A stretch of 11,433 nucleotides of DNA from a virus (Duplodnaviria; Heunggongvirae; Uroviricota; Caudoviricetes): IMG/VR virus record IMGVR_UViG_2695420421_000008. The stretch is one strand, 5' to 3'. The position numbers were made by a program, and so were the translations under genes. The notes beneath the pieces were generated by a model. That model had not been told where the DNA came from. It was given only the letters and a program-made list of their open reading frames with translations, and ran no database searches. This document shows positions 1 to 9,982 of the stretch, piece by piece; the stretch's first letter is position 1, and every line of letters begins with the position of its first letter.

Positions 1-515
1 AGGGGAGTGGTTTTGAACTGAATGGCAAAGGCACCAGTACGCGCCCCACGCTGATGGTTTCTAACCTGTACGGTATGGTCACCGGGATGGCGGAAGATCT
101 ACAGAGTCTGGTCGGCGGAACGGTGGTCCGGCGTAAGGTTTACGCCCGTTTTCTGGATGCGGTGAACTTCGTCAACGGAAACAGTGACGCCGATCCGGAG
201 CAGGAGGTGATCAGCCGCTGGCGCATTGAGCAGTGCAGCGAACTGAGCGCGGTGAGTGCCTCTTTTGTACTGTCCACGCCGACGGAAACAGATGGCGCTG
301 TTTTTCCGGGACGTATCATGCTGGCCAACACCTGCACCTGGACCTATCGCGGCGATGAGTGCGGTTATCACGGTCCGGCGGTCGCGGATGAATATGACCA
401 GCCAACGTCCGACATCACGAAGGATAAATGCAGCAAATGCCTGAGTGGCTGTAAGTTTCGCAATAACGTCGGCAACTTTGGCGGCTTCCTTTCCATTAAC
501 AAACTTTCGCAGTAA
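1..515 (+). CDS. L: Minor tail protein L, C-terminal ~171 codons (5'-partial; gene begins upstream of window)
   Basis: Open frame runs from position 3 to TAA at 513-515. Translation (GSGFELNGKGTSTRPTLMVSNLYGMVTGMAEDLQSL...CSKCLSGCKFRNNVGNFGGFLSINKLSQ) matches my recollection of the lambda gpL C-terminus, including the Cys-rich segment. Position immediately upstream of K fits lambda gene order. Confidence 0.85.
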   Translation, partial: GSGFELNGKGTSTRPTLMVSNLYGMVTGMAEDLQSLVGGTVVRRKVYARFLDAVNFVNGNSDADPEQEVISRWRIEQCSELSAVSASFVLSTPTETDGAVFPGRIMLANTCTWTYRGDECGYHGPAVADEYDQPTSDITKDKCSKCLSGCKFRNNVGNFGGFLSINKLSQ

Positions 516-520
516 ATCCC

Positions 521-1264
521 ATGACAGAGACAGAATCAGCGATTCTGGCGCACGCCCGGCGATGTGCTCCAGCGGAGTCGTGCGGCTTCGTGGTAAGAAC
601 GCCGGAGGGGGAAAGATATTTCCCCTGCGTGAATATCTCCGGTGAGCCGGAGGCGTATTTCCGTATGTCGCCGGAAGACTGGCTGCAGGCAGAGATGCAG
701 GGTGAGATTGTGGCACTGGTCCACAGCCACCCCGGTGGTCTGCCCTGGCTGAGTGAGGCCGACCGGCGGCTGCAGGTGCAGAGTGATTTGCCGTGGTGGC
801 TGGTCTGCCGGGGGGCGATTCACAAGTTCCGCTGTGTGCCACATCTTACCGGGCGGCGCTTTGAGCACGGGGTGACGGACTGTTACACGCTGTTCCGGGA
901 TGCTTACCATCTGGCGGGGATTGAGATGCCGGATTTTCATCGTGAGGATGACTGGTGGCGTCACGGTCAGAATCTCTATCTGGATAATCTGGAGGCCACA
1001 GGGCTGTATCAGGTGCCGTTGTCAGCGGCGCAGCCGGGCGATGTGCTGCTGTGCTGTTTTGGTTCATCGGTGCCGAATCATGCCGCCATTTACTGTGGTG
1101 ACGGCGAGCTGCTGCACCATATTCCTGAACAACTGAGCAAACGAGAGAGGTATACCGACAAATGGCAGCGACGCACACACTCCCTCTGGCGTCACCGGGC
1201 ATGGCACGCATCTGCCTTTACGGGGATTTGCAACGATTTGGCCGCCGCATCGACCTTCGTGTGA
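521..1264 (+). CDS. K: Tail tip assembly protein K: N-terminal MPN/JAB (JAMM) domain plus C-terminal NlpC/P60 peptidase-like domain
   Basis: 247-aa ORF starting 5 nt after the L stop. It has a JAMM-type motif HSHPGGLPWLSEAD (HxH-x7-S-x2-D) with an upstream Glu (PAESCGF), and a downstream Cys/His region (GVTDCYTLF...NHAAIY) typical of NlpC/P60. Its 3' end overlaps I by 103 nt, as in lambda K/I. An internal ATG at 665 would give the 199-aa product of the classical lambda annotation. Confidence 0.85.
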   Translation: MTETESAILAHARRCAPAESCGFVVRTPEGERYFPCVNISGEPEAYFRMSPEDWLQAEMQGEIVALVHSHPGGLPWLSEADRRLQVQSDLPWWLVCRGAIHKFRCVPHLTGRRFEHGVTDCYTLFRDAYHLAGIEMPDFHREDDWWRHGQNLYLDNLEATGLYQVPLSAAQPGDVLLCCFGSSVPNHAAIYCGDGELLHHIPEQLSKRERYTDKWQRRTHSLWRHRAWHASAFTGICNDLAAASTFV

Positions 1265-1833
1265 AAACGGGTGCCGAAGCCATCCGGGCGATGGCCACAC
1301 AGCTCCCTGCGTTTCGTCAGAAGCTGAGCGACGGCTGGTATCAGGTGCGTATTGCCGGGCAGGATGTTAGCACGTCCGGATTAACGGCGCAGTTACATGA
1401 GGCTCTGCCTGACGGCGCTGTGATTCATATTGTTCCCAGAGTCGCCGGGGCCAAGTCAGGTGGTGTATTCCAGATTGTCCTGGGAGCAGCCGCCATTGCC
1501 GGATCATTCTTTACCGCCGGAGCCACCCTTGCAGCATGGGGGGCTGCCATTGGTGCCGGTGGTATGACCGGCATTCTGTTTTCTCTCGGTGCCAGTATGG
1601 TGCTCGGCGGTGTGGCTCAGATGCTGGCACCGAAAGCCAGAACTCCCCGCACACAGACAACGGATAACGGTAAGCAGAACATCTATTTCTCCTCACTGGA
1701 TAACATGGTTGCCCAGGGCAATGTTATGCCTGTTCTGTATGGTGAAATGCGCGTGGGGTCACGTGTGGTATCTCAGGAGATCAGCACGGCAGACGAAGGG
1801 GACGGTGGTCAGGTTGTGGTGATTGGTCGCTGA
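1162..1833 (+). CDS. I: Tail tip assembly protein I
   Basis: 223-aa ORF, the same length as lambda gpI as I recall it. N-terminus MAATHTLPLASPGMARICLYGDLQRFGRRIDLRV and the Gly/Ala-rich hydrophobic C-terminal half are characteristic. Overlaps the K 3' end in another frame. Confidence 0.85.
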   Translation: MAATHTLPLASPGMARICLYGDLQRFGRRIDLRVKTGAEAIRAMATQLPAFRQKLSDGWYQVRIAGQDVSTSGLTAQLHEALPDGAVIHIVPRVAGAKSGGVFQIVLGAAAIAGSFFTAGATLAAWGAAIGAGGMTGILFSLGASMVLGGVAQMLAPKARTPRTQTTDNGKQNIYFSSLDNMVAQGNVMPVLYGEMRVGSRVVSQEISTADEGDGGQVVVIGR

Positions 1834-1852
1834 TGCAAAATATTTTATGTGA

Positions 1853-1872
1853 AACCGCCTCCGGGCGGTTTT
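1853..1872 (+). promoter_or_regulatory. Small GC hairpin in the I-J intergenic spacer (stem aaccgcc / ggcggtt, loop tccg, followed by tt)
   Basis: Read directly from sequence at 1853-1870, about 25 nt upstream of the J RBS (ggag at 1882-1885). Function unknown; could be an RNA processing or stability element or a weak attenuator. Confidence 0.25.
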
Positions 1873-1893
1873 ATCGTTTATGGAGCATGACGA

Positions 1894-4800
1894 ATGGGTA
1901 AAGGCAGCAGTAAGGGGCATACCCCGCGCGAAGCGAAGGACAACCTGAAGTCCACGCAGCTGCTGAGTGTGATCGATGCCATCAGCGAAGGGCCGGTTGA
2001 AGGTCCGGTGGATGGATTAAAAAGCGTGCTGCTGAACAGTACGCCGGTGCTGGACAGTGAGGGGAATACCAACATCTCCGGCGTCACGGTGGTGTTCCGG
2101 GCAGGTGAGCAGGAGCAGTCACCGCCGGAGGGATTTGAATCCTCCGGCTCCGAGACGGTGCTGGGTACGGAAGTGAAATATGACACGCCGATCACCCGGA
2201 CCATCACGTCGGCAAACATTGACCGACTGCGTTTTACCTTCGGTGTACAGGCACTGGTGGAAACCACCTCAAAGGGAGACAGGAATCCGTCTGAAGTTCG
2301 CCTGCTGGTTCAGATACAGCGTAACGGTGGCTGGGTGACGGAAAAAGACATCACCATTAAGGGCAAAACCACCTCGCAGTATCTGGCCTCGGTGGTGGTG
2401 GGTAACCTGCCGCCGCGCCCGTTTAATATCCGGATGCGCAGGATGACGCCGGACAGCACCACAGACCAGCTGCAGAACAAAACGCTCTGGTCGTCATACA
2501 CCGAAATCATCGATGTGAAACAGTGCTACCCGAACACGGCACTGGTCGGCGTGCAGGTGGACTCGGAGCAGTTCGGCAGCCAGCAGGTGAGCCGTAATTA
2601 TCATCTTCGCGGGCGCATTCTGCAGGTGCCGTCGAACTATAATCCGCAGACGCGGCAATACAGCGGTATCTGGGACGGAACGTTAAAACCGGCATACAGC
2701 AACAACATGGCCTGGTGTCTGTGGGATATGCTGACCCATCCGCGCTATGGCATGGGGAAACGTCTTGGTGCGGCAGATGTGGATAAATGGGCGCTGTATG
2801 TCATCGGCCAGTACTGTGACCAGTCGGTGCCGGACGGCTTTGGCAGCACGGAGCCGCGCATCACCTGTAATGCCTGGCTGACCACACAGCGCAAGGCGTG
2901 GGATGTGCTCAGTGATTTCTGCTCGGCGATGCGCTGTATGCCGGTATGGAACGGGCAGACGCTGACGTTCGTGCAGGACCGACCGTCGGATAAGGTGTGG
3001 ACCTATAACCGCAGTAATGTGGTGATGCCGGATGATGGCGCGCCGTTCCGCTACAGTTTCAGCGCCCTGAAAGACCGCCATAATGCCGTTGAGGTGAACT
3101 GGATTGACCCGGATAACGGCTGGGAGACGGCGACAGAGCTTGTGGAGGATACGCAGGCCATTGTCCGTTACGGTCGTAACGTCACGAAGATGGATGCCTT
3201 TGGCTGTACCAGCCGGGGGCAGGCACACCGCGCCGGGCTGTGGCTGATTAAAACGGAACTGCTGGAGACGCAGACCGTGGATTTCAGCGTGGGTGCTGAA
3301 GGGCTTCGTCATGTACCGGGCGATGTCATTGAAATCTGCGATGATGACTATGCCGGTATCCGCACCGGCGGGCGCGTGCTGGCGGTGAACAGCCAGACGC
3401 GGACACTGACGCTCGACCGTGAAATCACGCTGCCAGCCTCCGGCACCACGCTGATAAGCCTGGTTGACGGGCAGGGGAATCCGGTCAGCGTGGAGGTCCA
3501 GTCCGTCACCGACGGCGTGAAGGTAAAAGTGAGCCGTGTTCCTGACGGTGTTGCTGAATACAGCGTGTGGGGGCTGAAGCTGCCGACGCTGCACCAGCGA
3601 TTGTTCCGCTGCGTGAGTATCCGTGAGAACGACGACGGCACGTATGCCATCACTGCCGTGCAGCATGTGCCGGAGAAAGAGGCCATCGTGGATAACGGGG
3701 CGCACTTTGACGGTGACCAGAGCGGCACGGTGAATGGTGTCACGCCGCCAGCAGTGCAGCATCTGACCGCCGAAGTCACTGCAGACAGCGGGGAATATCA
3801 GGTGCTGGCGCGATGGGACACGCCGAAGGTGGTGAAGGGTGTGAGCTTTATGCTTCGCCTGACTGTGGCAGCAGACGACGGCAGTGAGCGGCTGGTCAGC
3901 ACGGCCCGGACGACGGAAACCACATACCGCTTCACGCAACTGGCGCTGGGAAACTACAGGCTGACAGTCCGGGCGGCAAATGCCTGGGGGCAGCAGGGCG
4001 ATCCGGCATCGGTATCGTTCCGGATTGCCGCACCGGCAGCACCGTCGCGGATTGAGCTGACGCCGGGCTATTTTCAGATAACCGCAACGCCGCATCTTGC
4101 CGTTTATGATCCGACGGTACAGTTTGAGTTCTGGTTCTCGGAAAAGCGGATTGCGGATATCAGGCAGGTTGAAACCACAGCCCGCTATCTTGGCACGGCG
4201 CTGTACTGGATAGCCGCCAGTATCAATATCAAACCGGGCCATGATTATTATTTTTATATCCGCAGTGTGAACACTGTTGGCAAATCGGCATTTGTGGAGG
4301 CTGTCGGTCGGGCGAGCGATGATGCGGAAGGTTACCTGGATTTTTTCAAAGGCCAGATAACCGAATCCCATCTCGGCAAGGAGCTGCTGGAAAAAGTCGA
4401 GCTGACGGAGGATAACGCCAGCAAACTGGAGGAGTTTTCGAAAGAGTGGAAAGACGCCAACGATAAATGGAATGCCATGTGGGGCGTCAAAATTGAGCAG
4501 ACCAAAGACGGCAAACATTATGTCGCGGGTATTGGCCTCAGCATGGAGGACACGGAGGAAGGCAAGCTGAGCCAGTTTCTGGTTGCCGCTAACCGTATCG
4601 CGTTTATTGACCCGGCAAACGGGAATGAAACGCCGATGTTTGTGGCGCAGGGCAACCAGATATTCATGAACGACGTGTTCCTGAAGCGCCTGACGGCCCC
4701 CACCATTACCAGCGGTGGCAGTCCTCCGGTATTTTCCCTGACATCAGACGGAAAGCTGACCGCTAAAAATGCGGATATCAGTGGCAGTGTGAATGCGAAC

Positions 4801-5307
4801 TCAGGAACGCTCAACAATGTCACGATTAACCAGAACTGTACGATTAAGGGCATGCTGGAGGCGACCCAGGTCAGAGGGGATTTCGTTAAAGCTGTATCAA
4901 AAGCCTTCCCGAAAAAAGTCGGTACGTGGGGTAACACGGAAACACCAAACGGTACGGTTACAGTCACCATCAGCGATGATCATAACTTTGACCGCCAGAT
5001 TATTATTCCGCCCATTATTTTTAACGGTATAGCGTATGACGATCCGGGGAGCGGAAATAACCCAGGAGGCACGCGATACACGGGTTATGGTTTTGAAGTT
5101 CGCAAAAACGGCGTATTAATCGCATCCAGAGAAACTAAAGGGGCCATTCCCGGTAGTTACAGTGCAGTTATTGATATGCCTAGTGGTGGTGGTAGCGTCA
5201 CTCTGGAGTTTAAGATTTTCCAGAAAGGCAATCAGGGGGCAGGCAATATCACCGACTGTACGGTGATTGTGACCAAAAAAGCTGCTTCCGGCATCAGTAT
5301 TCGTTGA
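1894..5307 (+). CDS. J: Host specificity protein J (central tail fibre / tail tip, receptor-binding C-terminus)
   Basis: 1137-aa ORF with RBS ggag 8 nt upstream. Size and position after I match lambda gpJ (about 1132 aa). The internal sequence ...[48 protein letters not shown]... matches lambda J as I recall it. The extreme C-terminus appears to differ from lambda's. Confidence 0.9.
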   Translation: MGKGSSKGHTPREAKDNLKSTQLLSVIDAISEGPVEGPVDGLKSVLLNSTPVLDSEGNTNISGVTVVFRAGEQEQSPPEGFESSGSETVLGTEVKYDTPITRTITSANIDRLRFTFGVQALVETTSKGDRNPSEVRLLVQIQRNGGWVTEKDITIKGKTTSQYLASVVVGNLPPRPFNIRMRRMTPDSTTDQLQNKTLWSSYTEIIDVKQCYPNTALVGVQVDSEQFGSQQVSRNYHLRGRILQVPSNYNPQTRQYSGIWDGTLKPAYSNNMAWCLWDMLTHPRYGMGKRLGAADVDKWALYVIGQYCDQSVPDGFGSTEPRITCNAWLTTQRKAWDVLSDFCSAMRCMPVWNGQTLTFVQDRPSDKVWTYNRSNVVMPDDGAPFRYSFSALKDRHNAVEVNWIDPDNGWETATELVEDTQAIVRYGRNVTKMDAFGCTSRGQAHRAGLWLIKTELLETQTVDFSVGAEGLRHVPGDVIEICDDDYAGIRTGGRVLAVNSQTRTLTLDREITLPASGTTLISLVDGQGNPVSVEVQSVTDGVKVKVSRVPDGVAEYSVWGLKLPTLHQRLFRCVSIRENDDGTYAITAVQHVPEKEAIVDNGAHFDGDQSGTVNGVTPPAVQHLTAEVTADSGEYQVLARWDTPKVVKGVSFMLRLTVAADDGSERLVSTARTTETTYRFTQLALGNYRLTVRAANAWGQQGDPASVSFRIAAPAAPSRIELTPGYFQITATPHLAVYDPTVQFEFWFSEKRIADIRQVETTARYLGTALYWIAASINIKPGHDYYFYIRSVNTVGKSAFVEAVGRASDDAEGYLDFFKGQITESHLGKELLEKVELTEDNASKLEEFSKEWKDANDKWNAMWGVKIEQTKDGKHYVAGIGLSMEDTEEGKLSQFLVAANRIAFIDPANGNETPMFVAQGNQIFMNDVFLKRLTAPTITSGGSPPVFSLTSDGKLTAKNADISGSVNANSGTLNNVTINQNCTIKGMLEATQVRGDFVKAVSKAFPKKVGTWGNTETPNGTVTVTISDDHNFDRQIIIPPIIFNGIAYDDPGSGNNPGGTRYTGYGFEVRKNGVLIASRETKGAIPGSYSAVIDMPSGGGSVTLEFKIFQKGNQGAGNITDCTVIVTKKAASGISIR
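3706..5041 (+). repeat. Segment of J that is directly repeated, in diverged form, at 10018..11433
   Basis: Direct comparison of the two stretches by eye: conserved blocks flank a substituted middle cassette. Confidence 0.8.
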
Positions 5308-5328
5308 AATATTTATAACCCCAATAAA

Positions 5329-5354
5329 GGGCGTCAGGAATGACGCCTTTTTTA
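5329..5354 (+). terminator. Rho-independent terminator downstream of J
   Basis: Stem ggcgtca (5330-5336), loop ggaa, stem tgacgcc (5341-5347), followed by a run of six T (5348-5353). Confidence 0.6.
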
Positions 5355-5377
5355 TTGCAGAAAAGCGAGAGGTAATT

Positions 5378-5977
5378 ATGCGTAAAGTTTGTGCAGCAAT
5401 TTTGTCCGCAGCCATTTGTCTGGCCGTATCCGGTGCGCCTGCATGGGCGTCTGAACATCAGTCCACGCTGAGCACGGGGTATCTTCATGCCTCGACGAAC
5501 GTTCCCGGCAGTGATGATCTGAACGGGATTAACGTGAAATACCGTTATGAGTTTACGGACACGCTGGGAATGGTTACGTCATTCAGCTATGCAGGAGACA
5601 AGAATCGCCAGCTTACCCGTTACAGCGATACCCGCTGGCATGAAGATTCCGTTCGTAACCGCTGGTTCAGCGTAATGGCGGGGCCGTCTGTGCGCGTGAA
5701 TGAATGGTTCAGCACGTATGCGATGGCGGGTGTGGCTTACAGCCGTGTGTCGACTTTCTCCGGGGATTATCTTCGCGTAACTGACAACAAGGGGAAAACG
5801 CACGATGTGCTGACCGGAAGTGATGACGGTCGCCACAGCAACACGTCTCTGGCGTGGGGAGCTGGCGTGCAGTTTAACCCGACCGAATCCGTGGCCATTG
5901 ATATTGCTTATGAAGGCTCCGGCAGTGGCGACTGGCGCACTGACGGTTTCATCGTGGGTGTCGGTTATAAATTCTGA
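5378..5977 (+). CDS. lom: Lom outer-membrane protein (Ail/Lom/PagC family beta-barrel; lysogenic-conversion moron)
   Basis: 199-aa ORF with RBS gagagg (5367-5372). N-terminal signal peptide [24 protein letters not shown]. Alternating aromatic/hydrophobic beta-strand pattern and C-terminal [10 protein letters not shown] typical of Ail/Lom barrels. Located between J and stf as in lambda. Confidence 0.9.
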   Translation: MRKVCAAILSAAICLAVSGAPAWASEHQSTLSTGYLHASTNVPGSDDLNGINVKYRYEFTDTLGMVTSFSYAGDKNRQLTRYSDTRWHEDSVRNRWFSVMAGPSVRVNEWFSTYAMAGVAYSRVSTFSGDYLRVTDNKGKTHDVLTGSDDGRHSNTSLAWGAGVQFNPTESVAIDIAYEGSGSGDWRTDGFIVGVGYKF

Positions 5978-6003
5978 TTAGCCAGGTAACACAGTGTTAT
6001 GAC

Positions 6004-6031
6004 AGCCCGCCGGTTCAGGCGGGCTTTTTTG
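6004..6031 (+). terminator. Rho-independent terminator downstream of lom
   Basis: Perfect 8-bp stem agcccgcc (6004-6011) / ggcgggct (6018-6025), loop ggttca, followed by tttttt. Confidence 0.7.
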
Positions 6032-6041
6032 TGGGGTGAAT

Positions 6042-8981
6042 ATGGCAGTAAAGATTTCAGGTGTACTGAAAGATGGCACAGGAAAACCGGTACAGAACTG
6101 CACAATCCAGCTGAAAGCAAAACGTAACAGCACCACGGTGGTGGTGAACACGCTGGCCTCAGAAAATCCGGATGAAGCCGGGCGTTACAGCATGGACGTT
6201 GAGTACGGTCAGTACAGCGTTATTCTGTTGGTGGAAGGATTCCCGCCGTCACATGCCGGGACCATCACCGTGTATGAAGATTCTCAACCCGGTACGCTGA
6301 ATGATTTTCTCGGTGCCATGACGGAGGATGATGCCCGTCCGGAGGCACTGCGCCGTTTTGAACTGATGGTGGAAGAGGTGGCGCGTAACGCGTCCGCGGT
6401 GGCACAGAACACGGCAGCCGCGAAGAAGTCAGCCAGTGATGCCAGCACATCAGCCCGTGAGGCGGCAACCCATGCGGCTGATGCTGCGGACTCAGCACGC
6501 GCAGCCAGCACGTCAGCCGGACAGGCCGCGTCGTCGGCTCAGTCAGCGTCTTCCAGCGCAGGAACGGCATCAACAAAGGCCACTGAAGCCTCAAAAAGTG
6601 CTGCCGCTGCAGAGTCCTCAAAAAGCGCGGCGGCCACCAGTGCCGGTGCGGCGAAAACGTCAGAAACGAATGCGGCAGCGTCAGAACAATCAGCCGCCAC
6701 TTCTGCATCCACCGCGACCACGAAAGCGTCAGAAGCAGCCACTTCAGCACGGGATGCGTCGGCTTCAAAAGAGGCGGCAAAATCATCAGAAACGAGCGCA
6801 GCCTCGAGCGCCAGTAGTGCAGCCTCCTCGGCAACAGCGGCAGGAAATTCCGCGAAGGCGGCAAAAACGTCCGAGACGAACGCCAGGTCTTCTGAGACGG
6901 CAGCGGGACAGAGCGCCTCAGCTGCGGCAGGCTCAAAAACAGCGGCTGCGTCGTCTGCCAGTGCCGCGTCAACAAGTGCCGGGCAGGCCTCAGTCAGTGC
7001 CACCGCAGCCGGAAAATCGGCAGAAAGCGCCGCATCATCCGCTTCAACAGCCACAACGAAGGCTGGCGAAGCCGCTGAACAGGCCAGCGCAGCAGCGAGG
7101 TCTGCATCCGCAGCGATGACATCCGAAACGAACGCGAAAGCCTCGGAAACCAGTGCAGAATCCTCAAAAATGGCAGCTGCATCGTCCGCCAGTTCGGCGG
7201 CGTCATCGGCATCATCTGCGTCTGCTTCAAAAGATGAGGCGAGCAGACAGGCATCAGCAGCGAAAGGCAGCGCCACGACGGCATCCACGAAGGCGACAGA
7301 GGCTGCTGGCAGTGCGACAGCGGCAGCACAGAGCAAAAGTACAGCAGAATCCGCGGCAACGCGCGCCGAGACAGCGGCAAAACGGGCAGAGGATATTGCA
7401 TCCGCCGTGGCGCTTGAGGATGCGAGCACGACGAAAAAGGGGATAGTACAGCTAAGCAGTGCGACTAACAGCACTTCCGAGTCACTGGCGGCAACGCCAA
7501 AGGCAGTAAAAGCAGCCAATGACAATGCTGAGAAACGTCTGCAGAAAGATCAGAACGGTGCGGATATCCCTGGCAAAGACACCTTTACGAAAAATATTGG
7601 TGCCTGCCGTGCCTTCGGTGGGTCAGTAAGCACAACAACAGGAAACTGGACGACTGCACAGTTTATCGAGTGGCTGGATTCTCAGGGAGCATTTAACCAT
7701 CCATACTGGATGTGCAAGGGTTCCTGGTCTTATGGCAATAATAAAATCATTACTGATACTGGCTGCGGTAATATTCATCTCGCAGGAGCTGTCATTGAAG
7801 TAATGGGGATAAAGTCAGCGATGACGATCCGCATTACCACACCGACCACCTCCACTGGTGGCGGAACAACTAACGCCCAGTTTACCTATATTAATCACGG
7901 AACAGATTATTCACCTGGCTGGCGAAGGGACTATAACTCCAGAAATAAGCCAACGGCATCAGAGATCGGGGCGTTACCGTCAGGTGGAACAGCAGTATCA
8001 TCAGTTAATCTGGCTTCAAAAGGTCGGGTAACCGCGCTGACAGACAATACGCAGGGGGCAACAGGTCTTGAGTTATACGAGGTGTATAACAACGGATATC
8101 CAACAGCGTATGGAAATATCATTCACCTGAAAGGGATGACAGCCGTTGGCGAAGGTGAGTTACTCATCGGCTGGAGTGGTACAAGCGGTGCTCATGCTCC
8201 GGCATTTATTCGTTCACGACGGGATACGACCGACGCAAACTGGTCGCCGTGGGCGCAGCTTTACACCTCAGCTCATCCTCCTGCAGAGTTTTATCCAGTC
8301 GGTGCACCAATCCCGTGGCCATCAGATACCGTTCCGTCTGGTTATGCCCTGATGCAGGGGCAGACTTTTGACAAATCTGCATACCCGAAACTTGCAGCGG
8401 CTTATCCGTCAGGCGTTATTCCTGATATGCGTGGCTGGACGATTAAGGGCAAGCCCGCCAGTGGTCGTGCCGTATTGTCTCAGGAACAGGACGGCATTAA
8501 ATCGCACACCCACAGCGCCAGCGCATCCAGTACGGATTTGGGGACGAAAACCACATCGTCGTTTGATTACGGCACTAAATCTACGAATAACACTGGTGCG
8601 CATACCCATAGTTTAAGTGGCAGCACGAATGCAGCTGGTAATCACAGCCATAGAGATGGCCGTCGATTTAACCCCAGTGTTTTTAAAGATACTTATCAAT
8701 ATGGTTATACAAGCTCAGGTCAAAATACCTGGGGTGTACAAGGCTCAGTAGGTATGTCTACGGGGTGGTTAGCTAATACCAGTACAGATGGTAATCATAG
8801 CCACTCACTGTCCGGCACAGCAGCGTCTGCAGGTGCACACGCACATACTGTCGGTATTGGTGCACACACGCACTCCGTTGCGATTGGTTCACATGGACAC
8901 ACCATCACCGTTAACGCTGCGGGTAACGCGGAAAACACCGTCAAAAACATCGCATTTAACTATATTGTGAGGCTTGCATAA
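6042..8981 (+). CDS. stf: Side tail fibre protein Stf: conserved N-terminal anchor, long Ala/Ser-rich repetitive shaft, His-x-His-rich C-terminal tip domain
   Basis: The ORF track starts at GTG 6036; ATG at 6042 ([26 protein letters not shown]...) matches the lambda Stf N-terminus as I recall it. The C-terminal region carries repeated HxH motifs (SHTHS, AHTHS, NHSHR, NHSHS, AHAHT, AHTHS, SHGHT) and ends ...[11 protein letters not shown]. The stop overlaps the tfa start (TAATG). Confidence 0.85.
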   Translation: MAVKISGVLKDGTGKPVQNCTIQLKAKRNSTTVVVNTLASENPDEAGRYSMDVEYGQYSVILLVEGFPPSHAGTITVYEDSQPGTLNDFLGAMTEDDARPEALRRFELMVEEVARNASAVAQNTAAAKKSASDASTSAREAATHAADAADSARAASTSAGQAASSAQSASSSAGTASTKATEASKSAAAAESSKSAAATSAGAAKTSETNAAASEQSAATSASTATTKASEAATSARDASASKEAAKSSETSAASSASSAASSATAAGNSAKAAKTSETNARSSETAAGQSASAAAGSKTAAASSASAASTSAGQASVSATAAGKSAESAASSASTATTKAGEAAEQASAAARSASAAMTSETNAKASETSAESSKMAAASSASSAASSASSASASKDEASRQASAAKGSATTASTKATEAAGSATAAAQSKSTAESAATRAETAAKRAEDIASAVALEDASTTKKGIVQLSSATNSTSESLAATPKAVKAANDNAEKRLQKDQNGADIPGKDTFTKNIGACRAFGGSVSTTTGNWTTAQFIEWLDSQGAFNHPYWMCKGSWSYGNNKIITDTGCGNIHLAGAVIEVMGIKSAMTIRITTPTTSTGGGTTNAQFTYINHGTDYSPGWRRDYNSRNKPTASEIGALPSGGTAVSSVNLASKGRVTALTDNTQGATGLELYEVYNNGYPTAYGNIIHLKGMTAVGEGELLIGWSGTSGAHAPAFIRSRRDTTDANWSPWAQLYTSAHPPAEFYPVGAPIPWPSDTVPSGYALMQGQTFDKSAYPKLAAAYPSGVIPDMRGWTIKGKPASGRAVLSQEQDGIKSHTHSASASSTDLGTKTTSSFDYGTKSTNNTGAHTHSLSGSTNAAGNHSHRDGRRFNPSVFKDTYQYGYTSSGQNTWGVQGSVGMSTGWLANTSTDGNHSHSLSGTAASAGAHAHTVGIGAHTHSVAIGSHGHTITVNAAGNAENTVKNIAFNYIVRLA
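6384..7420 (+). repeat. Low-complexity Ala/Ser/Thr-rich internal repeat region within stf (recurring ...AAKTSETNA.../...[12 protein letters not shown]... units)
   Basis: About 345 codons dominated by A, S, T, E and K with recurring approximate units; the DNA motif gcggcaaaaacgtc(a/c)ga(a/g)acgaa(t/c)gc recurs near 6650 and 6860, and a related tccgaaacgaacgc near 7120. It generates long spurious ORFs in other frames. Confidence 0.6.
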
Positions 8982-9389
8982 TGGCATTCAGAATGAGTGA
9001 ACAACCACGGACTATAAAAATTTATAATCTGCTGGCCGGAACTAATGAATTTATTGGTGAAGGTGACGCATATATTCCGCCTCATACCGGTCTGCCTGCA
9101 GACAGTACCGATATTGCACCGCCAGATATTCCGGCTGGCTTTGTGGCTGTTTTCAACAGTGATGAGGCATCGTGGCATCTCGTTGAAGATCATCGGGGTA
9201 AAACGGTTTATGACGTGGCATCAGGGGACGCGTTATTTATTTCTGAACTCGGTCCGTTACCGGAAAATGTCACCTGGTTATCCCCGGAAGGGGAATATCA
9301 GAAGTGGAACGGTACAGCCTGGGTGAAAGATGCAGAAGCAGAAAAACTATTCCGGATCCGGGAGGCGGAAGAAACAAAAAACAGCCTGA
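8936..9389. repeat. Left arm of a 454-bp inverted repeat (stf last 14 codons + tfa codons 1-136)
   Basis: Reverse-complement identity with 9574..10027 checked by eye at both ends and at an internal stretch (9001-9060 vs 9903-9962). Translations of three ORF pairs across the arms are identical (tfa N-terminus, 93-aa and 77-aa alternate-frame ORFs), implying essentially 100% DNA identity. Symmetry centre is between 9481 and 9482. Confidence 0.9.
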
Positions 9390-9442
9390 ATGCAGGGGAT
9401 ATTGATTTATGGTTGACTTGGCCACTCGATATCTGGAGATAG
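8981..9442 (+). CDS. tfa: Tail fibre assembly protein, truncated or chimeric copy: first 136 codons identical to the minus-strand copy, then a 17-aa unrelated tail
   Basis: Start overlaps the stf stop, with gtgagg RBS upstream. The N-terminal 136 aa ([24 protein letters not shown]...EAEETKNSL) are identical to ORF 9407..9982(-). After the repeat boundary at 9389 the frame reads [17 protein letters not shown], which lacks the conserved Tfa C-terminus. Confidence 0.6.
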   Translation: MAFRMSEQPRTIKIYNLLAGTNEFIGEGDAYIPPHTGLPADSTDIAPPDIPAGFVAVFNSDEASWHLVEDHRGKTVYDVASGDALFISELGPLPENVTWLSPEGEYQKWNGTAWVKDAEAEKLFRIREAEETKNSLNAGDIDLWLTWPLDIWR

Positions 9443-9982
9443 TGATGTATCAACACGGTTCAGCAACACCCGATACTTTTTCCAAGCTTCCAGCAACGAG
9501 GTTTCTTCCTCTGTTGCGATTTCCAGATCTACAGCATCCTGAAGCGGCGCAATATGCTCACTGGCTACCTGCATCAGGCTGTTTTTTGTTTCTTCCGCCT
9601 CCCGGATCCGGAATAGTTTTTCTGCTTCTGCATCTTTCACCCAGGCTGTACCGTTCCACTTCTGATATTCCCCTTCCGGGGATAACCAGGTGACATTTTC
9701 CGGTAACGGACCGAGTTCAGAAATAAATAACGCGTCCCCTGATGCCACGTCATAAACCGTTTTACCCCGATGATCTTCAACGAGATGCCACGATGCCTCA
9801 TCACTGTTGAAAACAGCCACAAAGCCAGCCGGAATATCTGGCGGTGCAATATCGGTACTGTCTGCAGGCAGACCGGTATGAGGCGGAATATATGCGTCAC
9901 CTTCACCAATAAATTCATTAGTTCCGGCCAGCAGATTATAAATTTTTATAGTCCGTGGTTGTTCACTCATTCTGAATGCCAT
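9407..9982 (-). CDS. tfa: Tail fibre assembly protein, full-length copy with canonical Tfa C-terminus
   Basis: 191 aa, close to the lambda Tfa length as I recall it. C-terminus ...[34 protein letters not shown] resembles the lambda Tfa C-terminal region. It is preceded on the minus strand only by the last 14 codons of a stf-like gene (9983..10027). Confidence 0.75.
   Translation of the reverse strand: MAFRMSEQPRTIKIYNLLAGTNEFIGEGDAYIPPHTGLPADSTDIAPPDIPAGFVAVFNSDEASWHLVEDHRGKTVYDVASGDALFISELGPLPENVTWLSPEGEYQKWNGTAWVKDAEAEKLFRIREAEETKNSLMQVASEHIAPLQDAVDLEIATEEETSLLEAWKKYRVLLNRVDTSLSPDIEWPSQP

Noticed and set aside
99-842. 247-aa minus-strand ORF antisense to L and K
   Set aside because: Antisense to two conserved tail genes, with no independent support.
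2683-4518. 611-aa minus-strand ORF antisense to J
   Set aside because: Fully embedded antisense to the conserved J coding sequence, with an Arg/His/Pro-rich composition typical of reverse-frame artefacts in GC-rich genes.
6036-6041. GTG at 6036 as the stf start, as used by the ORF track
   Set aside because: ATG at 6042 gives the N-terminus MAVKISGVL..., which matches lambda Stf as I recall it, and has better spacing from the G-rich stretch 6033-6036. The GTG start only adds Met-Asn.
6539-7525. 328-aa minus-strand ORF (Ala/Asp/Ser/Phe/Val-rich), with overlapping 227-aa (+, Arg/Pro/Gln-rich) and 236-aa (-) ORFs
   Set aside because: All lie inside the GC-rich Ala/Ser repeat region of stf. Codon-poor repetitive sequence yields long stop-free alternate frames; the products are extreme low complexity and sit entirely within a well-supported gene.
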